The position numbers and the translations under genes are program-made. This document shows positions 37,001 to 49,000 of a stretch of 64,000 nt of DNA, one piece after another (position 1 is the first letter of the stretch; each line of letters begins with the position of its first letter). The notes below the pieces were generated by a model. That model saw nothing but the letters and a program-made list of their open reading frames with translations. It was not told the DNA's origin and ran no database searches. This stretch comes from Bilabrum cf. latius (lineage: Eukaryota), in assembly GCA_965178125.1 (NCBI GenBank), contig OZ237741.1, positions 806,001 through 870,000 on the forward strand, read 5' to 3'.

Positions 37001-40000
37001 GGGCGCGTACGGGCAGGCAATCGGTGCTTCCGCGGAGTCTATCAGCTCAAGCAGGTGCTCCTCTGTCGCTGGTGTGCAACGCATGAATGTGCCCGTGTTC
37101 CTGGGAAGGCCCAAAGGACTCCGGTAGAAGGTTCTCAAGGGGGGCTTGTCGTCCATGGTCCGATCCGTTGAGCAGGGAAGGCCGCGGGACCTTCGCAGGC
37201 TAGTGTACGAAATTGACAAGACTGCCAGTAGCAGCGTGGGCGAGGATGCATCTAGCGGTACCGGGGTTTCAACAGGACTAGCTGCTTCCGCTGAGTTTAT
37301 GGCTCAGTGTGCAGTGCAAGGCTCCGCGTTTGTGGGCAAGCGTATCAAGCGAGCATGCATGTCCTGCCGGAGGACGACTTGGGCGCAGCATGACCAGAGC
37401 ACATGCTGGCGCTGGACGTGGGCTCTCGTCATGTGCTTGGTAATCGCACTGCAAATAGGTTGGGATACCGTTCGAGGTGTTTATTTGGGCACATACTACG
37501 GGTGCAGGAGCCTCTATTTGACGAGGTACGGTGCTACTGCACCAGATGGTACCAAGCACGGCGAGGCAAGCGGTGCAGAACAATCTGAGGTGAAAGGTCG
37601 CAACAGGAGAGCTGCAAGCATCGAAAGCACTCACCAACCGGTCGATTCGGTCGTTTGGCCCGAGAAAGACAGCTTGCGGGTGCATTGGGACGTGCTATCA
37701 GATTCTGACTCTGATGAAGACGATGCTCTCTGCTAGCAGGGCGATCTTCCTCCCGAGCTAGCCACCGAGCGCAGTCGCGTGGCTTCCGAGCAGGTGCTCC
37801 GCAGGCACCACTTCGTCCACCTAGTGCCACGTTTCATGCCTATGCTTGCCGACCACTACTCGGCCGGCAGCATCTATGACGCGCTTGTCGACGGCACAAA
37901 CCCCATCATGATCGGGTCTGTCGTCAGGGCGGTCAGAGGCCCCGCAGACTCGCACCCGCAGCCAATGTTTGGTAGCTCGAATGCAGGTCTCGCCAGGTGG
38001 AGCAGTCTGCCTATGCCGACGCGTCAGACGAAATAGGTGGCTGGAGAGGCGGCTGCCTCTTCTTCTTAGCCTCCTACTACTGACCCAACCATAGCATGTG
38101 GCAGTGCAGCGGACACCGCAGACAGCGACAAAGCCCCGAGGATACGTGTCAGCACTTCGCTTGAGCGCGTGCTCACTTACGATCAGTTTGCTTCATTCGT
38201 GCAGGCGATGCGAGCAGGTGCTGGTGTGAGCCACGGCGACTGGGACGAGCTGCGGGACAGACTGCGACTGGACGCGAGGGAGATGCTGGTGAGGCAAGAG
38301 GACTATGTGCAGCTGGTCCTCACGGCTCGTGCCAGGCCGCCCGTGTATGCGATCGACCCCTCTGGCGGGGGCAGACTCATGGCCAAGAAGGACACAAAGG
38401 AGTGCTTGGGCTGGTACGAAGAGACGGTGAACGCCGAGGAGGACCTGCAGGCAGACGTGCTGGAGGAACGCGACGATGAGGCTGGTGGGAGCCAGGCAAG
38501 CGGCCAAGCACCAGCAGGACAGCCCAAGCGCGGGAGGTTGCATAGGCGAAGATCGTCTGGAGGGTTGCTTCTTGCAGGAGGAGGCTCCGCAACCGACGCG
38601 ATCGCAGCATACTCGTGGCTGCTTCGCGGTGATGAGTCGGTGGTTGCGCGCGCGGCTGGGGTGTCCTCCGATCGGCTCTTACGAGAATTCAGTGCGATTC
38701 AACATCAATCAAAGCAGGGAGATCTGACCATCAGCGACGTGGCCCGAATGCGGAGCTAGCCATCTCAGACCGCTGCTATCCCTCAGAGGGTCATCCTTGC
38801 ATACAGATCGCCGCATGCGTCCCGATGGAGCCTTGTTGCAGAGGTACCAGCTGCTCCTGTGGGTGCATGGAAGCACCCTGAGGTGGAGGCTGTTGTCCGC
38901 ACCGAGCTGCCAGTTGGCAGGAATGGAATCAGCGGCACGCCGAGCGCGACGCAGCCGATCGGGGCTAGCCTGCTCAACCGCAGTATTGCCGAGTGGAGAC
39001 AGCAGCGCAGCTTCCAGAGGGTGCTGCAGCGAAGGTCGATCCGCAGGCGGCAGCAGAAGGCAGAGGGTATGGTGCTTCGTGACCACAACTCCTTCGAGGG
39101 CTTTGGCGTGCTGACTGATTCTGAGGCGAATAGCGAACGTGAGGACAAATTTGAGCAAGTGATGCATTCTGCTGAAACTGAGCTTAGGCAAAGGTGGAGC
39201 TCACAGACTGCCTAGGCTGGGGAAGTGGGCTAGCCGTCCTCTGGAGCTGGAAACGATGAAGAAACTGGACCACGCGTGCGGCGCCGCGCCCGAGCTGGCA
39301 GTGTCGAATCAAAGCCCGGGGTAGTGGTGGGCTCTCATCTGCTAGATCAGCGGAGCATGGCACCTAGAGCTTGGGATCGTTCTGATGAAAAATGCCAACA
39401 CGGTGCTGGCACTGTACCGAATGGTCCAGATTGGGTGCCTCGGCTTCCATTTCTTGAGGAGTAGCAGGACTTTGTCACTGCAGAGCAAGCTGCATCTTCC
39501 GGCTAGTTCGGAGAGCAGCTTCGCACCCGGCAACTAGCTACTATCAAGGTCCGTGGCACGCTATTCGTGTCTGACCGTGCGTCGTATTTGTACACTGGCG
39601 AGGACACGGTGGTGATTCCACACGTCGGCGTGCGCGAGACCCAGTACTGCGCAGTAGAGGTGCCTGGCGTGGCGTATGGCAAGACTGTGCAGGACAATGG
39701 ACTACACCTAGATGTAAACGACGTCCGCCTAGTCTCCAAACAAAAGCCTCCAGAGGATGGCCTCACTAACCTGGAGAAGTTCTTCAAGTCTGTAGCTGCG
39801 GTCACAGCCCCTAGTTAGCCACCACGGCACGTCCTCCTCCCCAGGGAATCTTACAAGACTGTCCGCATGGCAAGACGGATGAAGCGGAGGAAAGCTGCAG
39901 GGCATGTAGATGATAGCGACGATCTAGCGGGGGCGTCGAGATCAATCGCTATGCTGCAGCGCACGAGAAGCGCACACGGCGGGACTGCCTGCGCGACCGT

Positions 40001-42263
40001 GCCACTACGCATGGTGCCGATCCAGGCAGTGGTGCCAGGTACCGTCAGACCACAAGCAACTCTCATATTCTCTCCGCTGAAGGACTTCCTGCTCAGCATC
40101 GGCGAGGAGCGGCTGGGAGGCAGACGGAGGGTGGTTAAAGAGGCCATCGACGAGCTCGTCGCCGCAGAGAAGCTTGCTGCATCGCGGGAAGCAGCGAGGG
40201 CATCGAAGAATTTGGGGGACGATCTGTATGACGTACAGCGAGGCCTGCTTGTGCCACAAGAGATCCACGACCGCGAATCCAGAGATGCTGCCAGCGTCGT
40301 AGGCAAGAGCGGTATCTTGTCTGACCCTGTCCGTCCGCCCATGGGGCAGTGGAAGGTGCGCAGGCTAGGTGACATGCCTGTTCGATCGGCTGATCCAGAC
40401 TCTGAGGCGCTTCGGTGTGCGACTGATGCTCTGCGATACCGAGATCAGACTGCTTTGCGCAGGATCATGAAGAAGCGCAGGTGGGAAGAGGAATCGAGGA
40501 CGAGACGGCTGCAGCGCTTCGCCGCGATATAGCTAATTCGAACACGAGCCCTGCTCAAGGTAACAGGCAGGGTGATATCCTCGCTACTTATGTGCACTAA
40601 TGCGCTCCAATTACGGCGACAAGAGCGACCCGCATTCGATGCTGTGGTCGGCGGGGCCAACCGGCGGGCCATTCTTGTCATGTGGGGCTCCTAGTGCGCG
40701 CTGCCTCAGTCAGTCGCGGCATTGCGCGATTCTATGCCATGGTGGGAGCGGGGTCTAGACTATGCCTAGTCACCGTCCAGCAATGAAGGCGCCATAAATA
40801 CTGCAAAATCGGCAGCATTTCGCGTGTTGCACTCTAAGAAGCAAGAACGTCGGATGGCGGTTTCAACTGCCAAGAGCATGCTTGCCCCAGCCTCCCGTGC
40901 TCTGGGAATCGAAATCCCCTCTGGAAAGGCTGGAAGAGACAGCGATCTTCATATGGTTCCAGCAGCCCTGGATTATTCCGATGCAGGCGGAAGGCCTGTC
41001 AAGATGGCCGCCGATGCTGCTCCCAGTCTTCACTCTTCGGCAGCTAGCGCGCAGCTGTTGGGTGACATCGAGGATCAAGAGAAGGACGGTGCATTGTCTC
41101 CACCAAAGCAGCTGGAGTCGCTGCAGGGGCATGTGAGGCACCAGAGGCGAAGGAGGTCGGACGAGCGGTCGACCAAGACTAGCGACAGGCACATGCACCT
41201 GGCACTCATTGCTTCTCTTTCAACTCCATCGCCCTTTCTAGGGCTGTCCAAGGAACCAAAGCAGATCCTGAAGGGAGCCACCCCACCAGACGCCTCGGGA
41301 AAGTGGACCAGTCGTAGGGAGCAGGCCCTTGATGGCTTCCGCAGGGCGGTTGCCCAGTCGGCGATCGTCTCCTCAGCGATGGTTCGCTGCGAAGAAGGAG
41401 GGTCCAGGACTAGGCTAGCCTCCTTTGCGGTTGAGACCCTCCTCTGTGAGCCAGAACCAACGTGGCTGATCCATGCTGCTGCATTTGCGGCTCGCGAGGA
41501 AGAGGCTTGGAAGCGAAGGCACGAGCGCAAGCACACGTTCGAGATTGACACGTTTCGGCACGAGTGGAATACCATGATCTCGGTGCTATTCAAGCCGTTT
41601 TCTAGAGCTTGGTAGACGTACAAGTACATTCGCGGCTGGGAGAACCCTGCATTGTCGGCTGCATTCCTCTGCATTGGACTGGTGCTGCTTTGGTCTGACC
41701 TGACAGTGTACTGGCCCATCATGATGCTCTCCATCCTCTTCTTGGTGGTGCTATTTAACGGCGCGCTTGGCCGCAACTAGCAGGACCGCCTCTCGGAGGT
41801 GCTCATCGAGCCCAACGTGATGCGAAGGAGAAGCCTCTACGAGAGCTACGTGTCGTTCACGACTTCCATGGGCACCGGCATGTTTAGGATGAGGGCAATG
41901 AACCGTGCTATCACGAAGTTCCACGCACTGCTAACGTGGAGAAGGCCAGAGAGGACGAGAATCTTCCTTGTACTTCTTGGCATGTTCATCGTGTTCCTCT
42001 TGCTTGTTCCAGCCAAAATCTGGATGACTCTGCTTGCGCTCCAGCAGTTCACAGCCAAACTTCGGGACGGCGGCATGGGGGTGCAGATCGTGGCGCTCAG
42101 CCGGTTCGTTGACGGTCTGCCGGCCCCTTCGGCTGCAGAGGCCCTCTACGCAGACGGAAGCCTGGAGTTTCCGTCACACCCTGGCACTGTTGTGAGCTGT
42201 ATCGCGGCTGATCCAAAGGCGGAGAAATAGGTAGGTGATAGCCGCAAGCGACATTCGGATTGA
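34050..42263 (+). CDS. Giant protein: N-terminal PDZ, split PH-like region, GRAM-like segment, C-terminal MCTP/PRT_C-like membrane anchor (~2737 aa; ~22 in-frame TAG)
   Basis: ATG 34050 to TGA 42261-42263 in one frame. PDZ: FGDGPLGLVL...GQAADAGVTVGSQLI*VVG...IRTARRPLRLAF. Also SWVPAWMRMRSDGALQWW, GTLFVSDR, WENPALS+TM and LLTWRRPERT+TM...RFVDGLP. Domains other than PDZ are tentative. Confidence 0.75.
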
Positions 42264-42340
42264 TTCAAATGGATTGTACCGAAACCAATGATAACATTTC
42301 TATGAACGCAGTCATACCCTGCCACCACAACCCAAACAAA

Positions 42341-44626
42341 TCACATCCTCTGAATGGAACTGATCCTGATCTTCTTCGTCCCTTCCTTGCCACGATGCAT
42401 TGCATCTTCGCCAGCCTGACCGGCCGAGCCTCTCATCCCCCGTGGCGCAGACGACGGACCAAACTATGCCTCCGCCTCCGACTCACCTTGCTGAAGCCCA
42501 ACTGCTTGCTCCAGTGGCCGAGGCTTGACCGGGGGTGGGAGCAGGCCCAACTGCAGAGATCTGGTGGCGTCCGCGGGTGACCACAGCACGTTGGACTGCC
42601 GTGCAGCCGCCCCAGGGCTGGCCCCGGCACCAGACTCCGCCGACTTTGCACCTGCTGACGCCACGGCAGTCTCTACTTGAGAGTTTTCGCTGGGACCGGG
42701 CTTTCGTGCCGTGAAGAGAACGCAGTCATAAACCGTTTTCATCATGTTGGCGTGGTCACCCACGTACCCTGTCCGCACCTGCCGCTCGGTAAGGATCTCA
42801 AAGCCCATAGCCAGCATGGCGTGCCGAAGCTCTGCGTAAGTTAGTTCCATCGACTCGATGTATCGAGGGTCCTGTCCAGATGACTATGCAGCCCTGATCA
42901 GCTCGTCGGCAGCAGCGCGGTCCAATTCATCGGACAAGTCGTAACCGTGGCCATAATCCTCATGGGAACGACCCCCTTCCTCCCCTACACCGCCTGCTTT
43001 GCTTGCCCTCTCTTTTCCACTGGCGGTTGTGTCGCTCAAGTCAAAGAGAGACTCTGCAGGTCTGTCCGTCCAGTGGTACAGCAAGGGTCCCAGCGAAACT
43101 AGCAGCCCCCCCGGCTTGAGGCACTTCCAGATTACATCTAGGTACCGCAAGACATTCGGTGCCGTGTCGAGAAAGAAGCAGCAAGCGATCGCATCCCACG
43201 CGCCATTGTTCTGTGGGTGCGAATACACCCGCTCAAACTCGCCGCCAGCCATGCTGAACGGCGTCGCAGCGGAAGGAAGGGGCGGCGCACTGGCCTTGGA
43301 GGGTGTTGGCGATGTCTCGGTCTGTGGCTCCACCGCAAGACCAGAGGCTGCTGCTGCCAACAGCCGGGGGTCCGCGACAGGCCCTTCTTGCCCTAGTTGT
43401 GCGGTACCTGTATCTGGCTTGCCATCAGCGCCCCCAGATGGCGCCGCATCCACCTTGGTAGCCGCCTCCACGGCCGGCTCCTCGGCCGGTTCCATGCCCG
43501 CCTGTCCAGTGCCATGCATCGGGCCCCCTGCTGCTGAGGCCTAACCGTGCGTAGATACTACAGCACCAATAGAGGTGCTTGATTCGGCCTGCACGCCTTC
43601 GCTGGCCTCGGCACTGGCGGCAGCCTCAGCATGCACCATCATCGCGTCCAGCTCTTGGGCGGGGTCCACGTCTGGCACCATCACAGGCCTCGCCTGTAGC
43701 ACCGGATGCAGCTGGTTGGTCGGACGCATGGCCCACGGATGGATTCTAAGCTGCCGAATGCTACGATTGAGTCCTGGCAATCCCCCGGGGAAGGCACCCC
43801 CGGGTCCCACGGCCGGCGGGTTGCTGCTTCCAACGGGAGCGCCAGGCCTGCTGATCGAGGCGGTTGTCGGGGCCGAGATGGCGAGCCCTCGCATGTTGAA
43901 CGGTACAGGATAGGCACAGAGTCTGGCTGCAGGCGAACTACCGGCAAGGACGTTGTGGTCCTCAAATGGCGGCGCTGCAACTCGCGATAGCTGCCCATCT
44001 CCGCTGAACCCATTCATGAAGTACTGGGAGACGAGGAGCATGTGGTGGCTGAACTCGTTGCCTTGGCAGGCATACCCAAGGCGCGCGACCTCAAATGGCA
44101 GTCGGCCAAGACCACATCCGGGGACGAGCACCTTTTGAGTCCATGGCTTGCTGCCGTCCAGCGGCAGGTGTCGGCGCAGCTCTTGCAGGATCGGGTTGAA
44201 CGATAACTGGCGCTATCTCACTCCCTCAGAGGACCACTCTCGAGCCAACTGATGTAAAGTTGATTCAACTTTGCTATGGTCGCGATACAGTGCCTGTGGC
44301 TACCGAAGTGGGGGTATTGCTGGCCACTGTCGCACCCTCTCAAGGTCTGCCTTTGGCATCGCATCCCTACTGGTTGGAAACCCATGCGACCTCAGCATTC
44401 CATCCAGAAACATTTGATTTCTCAATACCGAGGCTTCCATAGCTCTGAACTTTGTCTATGTCAGGGTCTTTGGCAACAACGCAGCATGTCGCGACGGCAA
44501 CAGCGCAACCGCCCTACGTCGCCTTTCGAGCTCAAAAGCAGCCCTAAGGCTATATTCTTGCATCGATTGAACAACAGCTCTAAGGTGATCCATTTCCGCA
44601 TCTTGGTCAAGCGATGTCTTGCGCAT
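42341..44626 (-). CDS. CARNMT1: Carnosine N-methyltransferase (N2227-like) with long low-complexity insertions (~761 aa; 6 in-frame TAG)
   Basis: [85 protein letters not shown] at 44456, ~44300, 44213, 43541, 42884, 42464; TGA at 42341-42343. An alternative in-frame ATG lies at 44704. Confidence 0.88.
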
Positions 44627-44773
44627 ACTTACTCTGCTCCAGTGCGACCATCGCCGTCCAGTCCTGCCGCTTGAAATCGGTTGCAACCTCAGAATATGTC
44701 GCATTATGCTCGCTTCACATGCTCACACCACGTGGACGATTCATTCACATCAAGGACTAAAAGATAGACAACA
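44627..44773. promoter_or_regulatory. Probable bidirectional promoter between CARNMT1 and DMC1
   Basis: At most 147 nt separate the divergent start codons. Confidence 0.45.
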
Positions 44774-45932
44774 ATGGCCGCAGCAGCAGCAACAGCATCA
44801 GTAGTTCGAGCTGGAATGGGGTGAGAGCTTCCATATAGCACCTACAGTTGTACGTAGTGCTGCAACTGTGTCTTGGGACAGCATTCGCACTCCGCACCCT
44901 GTGATTGCTTGCTATACACTCCACTGCAGAGAAGAGGGTATGGTAGATGCAGGTGAAGAAACTTCGTTCATTTCAGTTCAAGAGCTCCAGTCTCAAGGAA
45001 TCCTGGCGTCCGACTTAAAGAAGCTCACCGACGGTGGAATCGCTACTGCGGGCGCAATCCTGTAGACGTCCGTCCGTCGACTGCTTTAGATCAAAGGACT
45101 ATCAGAAGCAAAAGTCGACAAGATTCGAGAGGCAGCCAAGAAGCTGTGTGCTACCAGTGGCCAGTTCAGGTCTGCAGGCGAGGCTCTCGCCAAGCGCTCG
45201 CAGGTGATCAAGATTTCGACGGGAAGCAAAGAGCTCGATTCGCTTCTTGGAGGTGGCGTGGAGACAGGATCTATAACTGAAGTGTTTGGAGAATTTCGAA
45301 CGGGCAAAACGCAGCTCTGCCACACTCTGGCCGTGACCACTCAGCTTCAAAGAGATGCAGGAGGCGGAGAAGGCACCGTGCTCGTCGTCGACACTGAGGG
45401 CTCTTTCCGCGTCGAGAGGTGCGCAGAAATTGCCGAGAAGAGGTTTGATCTCGATGTACACGCAGTCCTGGACAACATTCGGATTGCTCGGGCGTTCACT
45501 GTCGACCAGCAGTTCGACCTGAACTACGCCATCGCCGGCATGATCGCCGAGGACGACGCTCCGTGCCGCCTCATCATCGTAGATTCGGTGATGAACCTCT
45601 TTCGCACCGACTACATTGGGCGTGGAGAGCTTGCAGAGAGGCAGCAGCGGCTGAATCAGTACCTGGCCCAGCTGAAGAACATCGCCGAGGAGTACAACGT
45701 TGCCGTCCTGCTCACCAACCAGGTCACCGCCAATCCAGATTCTTCCATGTTCTCTGGAGACTCCAAGAAGCCCATCGGAGGCCACGTTCTGGCGCATGCA
45801 TCGACAACGAGGCTCTACCTCAGGAAGGGCAAGGCGGAGCAGCGGATCGCGAAGCTCTACGATTCGCCCAGCCTCCCGGAAGCGGAGGCCACCTTTGCCC
45901 TGGCGGAGGGCGGAGTGGTAGAAGCAGACTGA
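44774..45932 (+). CDS. DMC1: Meiotic recombinase DMC1 (2 exons, ~349 aa; 2 in-frame TAG)
   Basis: [12 protein letters not shown], Walker [15 protein letters not shown], and DMC1-type [19 protein letters not shown] and [16 protein letters not shown]. Exon 1 is 44774-44820, intron 44821-44929. TAG at 45063 and 45087; TGA end. Confidence 0.9.
44821..44929 (+). other. Spliceosomal intron (109 nt, phase 2)
   Basis: GTGAGA...CTGCAG. Joins [16 protein letters not shown] to [10 protein letters not shown] in frame. Confidence 0.7.
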
Positions 45933-46037
45933 GCATTGAGCTTTGAGCTGCTACGTGATTGAGGTACCATTACATTGAAATGAAATCGTAGATACTTTAG
46001 CAAACAAACTATATATTGAAACATGCATACATCGCGA

Positions 46038-49000
46038 TCACGAACGCAACCCTGACCGGCGCGAGCTCTTCCACTGCTCCCTCGCTACCTCAAGCTCATC
46101 CTCCTTCTTCTTCTGCCGCAGGAAAGTACTAAGACGACCACCGACTTCATTCGGCGCCTGCGTGAGCTCCCGGCCGCTGAGCCTCCGGACCTTGCCGGAG
46201 CCCAGCCCAGGAGCCCTCATGGATGGCTGCCCCGCGGCCGCGTTCTCGCTCTGCATCTCTGCTGCGAGCTGGGCGACGGCCTGCCGCCGCGATTCCCTGC
46301 TGGCCTACCTGCGGCCTTGCGATCGCGCCCGCGAAATGCTTGCAGCGGAAGAAGGCCTGCTGCCTTCAACGCTCCGCTGACTGCTTCCCGAACCAGGCCT
46401 GGGCATCCCAAGCATCATGGGAGTTGCGCCCACGAGGTCTAGCGCCTCCTCATCGTCCTCGTCATCCTCCTCGCTCTCAGCCCAATCCCCGGCTCGATCC
46501 AACGCCGCTCGTGAGGCGACTCGCAAGACGTCCACGGCCTGTTCTTTGGTTCTTGCGCACGCGATCTGCTAGACCGCAAGCCGGATGGCTCGCTTCCTAC
46601 GAGCTACTATTTCTTTGGCTCTCACAACGTCGGCGGTCTGCACCCCGGTTTGCTCGTCCTCATCGCTGTCAGAATCAAATTTGCCGCGGCCTGATCCGTC
46701 AGATTCTGCGCTACTCCCTGCCCCTGCGTCAAGCCATCGGGGCGAGAGCTTGTGCATGCGTCTCTCCTCCCGGATAGACGCTGGCATGGCAGCACTCCCT
46801 CTTCTAGCGCTATCACGCCTGCTCCTGCCGCTGGCCGCTGACGTCACGGATGCTCGTGATCCAGACCGATCATCGGATGAATCTCTTCTCTTCACTAGAC
46901 CGCCTTTCCCGCCCGTCAGGCTGACTCGTCTCATGCGGCGCTGCGGCGTGTGGCCTCTGCCAGTTGGGGTGCTGAGCCTACTGTGGGCCTACCTTAGCTG
47001 TCTTTCAAGGTGCATGGCCAGCACGCCAGGCCGAAAGAGGGCGCGATCGCTCTCTGCCATGTGCGGCAGCAGCCAGGGTCCACCAAAGGAGGCAGGGGTA
47101 GGAACGACCGGCGACGCCGCAGGATGCGTCTGCACTAGCCACGGGCGGTTCGTCTGCCTTGGCATGACTTTTACTAGGCCCGACATTGATTCCGGTTCTA
47201 GCCCATCGATGGAGAGCGGATCAGTTGGTTCTCTAGGTGGTAGCTGCTTGGCGCCGGCGGCGAACGCCTTCAGCGCATCTGATGCAGCGGCGTGGGCGAG
47301 CTGCATGCCTTGGTCTGCAGCCCCGCCGACGGTGAACTGGCTCCTTCTCCTCAACTTGGCAGCCACGCCAGCCGGATGCACCGGGCCATTCTTTTTCCAC
47401 CACCGCTCAAAGCTACGTACCAGCTTGCTCCGGTCAGTGTCTCCACCAGGAGGGACGGGGACTGCCACCCTCCCAGTGAGCACCAGCCGTCTTGCTGCAC
47501 GAGTCAGATAGGGTTCCCCACCCCACCTATTTAGGTACACGGAAAGGATGCAAGGGCTCAGAAGTGACCACTGTCCCAGGCCACCCGCAGCGGCGGAGGA
47601 GTCTGCTGCTTCTGCAGCGTGCGCTGCGTCATCCTGCGCCTTTGCAGACCTGCCCGCCGCCCGTCCATTGCCCCCGAATTGCGCCGCTCCGCCACCCGCA
47701 GCCGCGTGAGCTAGCGCAGCAGCCTACCTTATGATGCGCAAGCCAACCGGACCGACTCCAAGATCAACGCCACCGCTGCGCAACATTCTGCGCCATCCCA
47801 TCGGTGGTGTTTGGGACCCGTCGCCGTACCTGTAGGGCTCTTCCACAACGCCAAAGTCCGAGGGCTGCGTGCAGGTGCCGGAGGAAACGTGCCTGCGCCA
47901 GTCCCGCCGCAGGCCAAACGACCTATTGCATCCTGCGCATGCAAATGCGGGCTCTGCCTCGATCTCGCAGTCTCTCTCGCATGGATCCACCAAGTCCTTG
48001 AAGGTTGAACTCGCCCCGGCCCCTCCCTCACTATTTCCAACTGCAACCATCTCCAAGCCGCTCTGTAACCTCGACATGGAGCTGTTCGCTCTGCCGTTCT
48101 TTCGTCGCGCTGCCCTGCCAGCTTCACGATCCCAGGCTCTCCACATAGATTGTCGAGCCTGCTGCAGTGCGTCAAGCACAGCAGCTGGCAATGCCGCGGA
48201 CCCGGCCCCGGATTGTGCAGCTAGCGACACCGCCTGCGAAGCCAGCTCACTGTTTGTACCCCGGCCCGCAGCCGCATCCGCGGCCACACCACCACCGAGG
48301 TGGACTGTGACGCGCAGCTGCGGCCCGTGTGACTCGTCATACTTTGGCGACAGGCGCCCAAATGCTGCCCCGAACCTAGCGAGCGGTCCCACGGGTCGCA
48401 ATCCACCCGAAAGCTTGACCTCAGCGCCATCGCCTTCCTCGATGCCGGTGTGCTGCACCGCAGTGCCATCACCAAGACTGAAGGTCGCGTAAGTGAGCGC
48501 GCCGGATTCAATTCCCCGAATACGAAGCTCCCCCCTCGACCTGAAATGTGCCCTGGCGGTAGGAACGACCCGCGCTCTCTCCTAATCCGCAAGGTAGGCC
48601 CGCAAAAGCAGAATCCCGCCTTCGACGGGGCTGGTCATTCCTCGTAGAAATGTAGGCTGCTTTACACGCCGTCTGAACTGACCTAGCGGCCGCGTGCGCC
48701 GCAGATGGAACATGAGGGGCGAAGAGGGCAAGGTTATGCTGGCTGCCAGCACACTCTCTCGGCGTTTCTTGCCCTCCCACTGACTCGCCTTCGAGGTAGC
48801 TCCGACCTGTGGCTTCTTTTTGGTCCCTTTTGCTATCTCTGAAGAGAACCTGGACGACCTAAACTGTCCCACCGGGCCACCTGCCATGAGAGCCACGAGC
48901 ATGGCGGCGAGGCTGACCGCCTTGTTCTCCTCTGCCCACCGCATGGCCACTTCGAGGGAATGCTCCTCGTTCTCTTGTGCCGTAGTGCACGTGGCGCGCA

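Noticed and set aside
45055-45095. Tiny introns ending in TAG explaining the in-frame stops
   Set aside because: DMC1, TTC36 and CARNMT1 align colinearly through the TAG positions without extra sequence, and no consistent upstream GT donors are seen.
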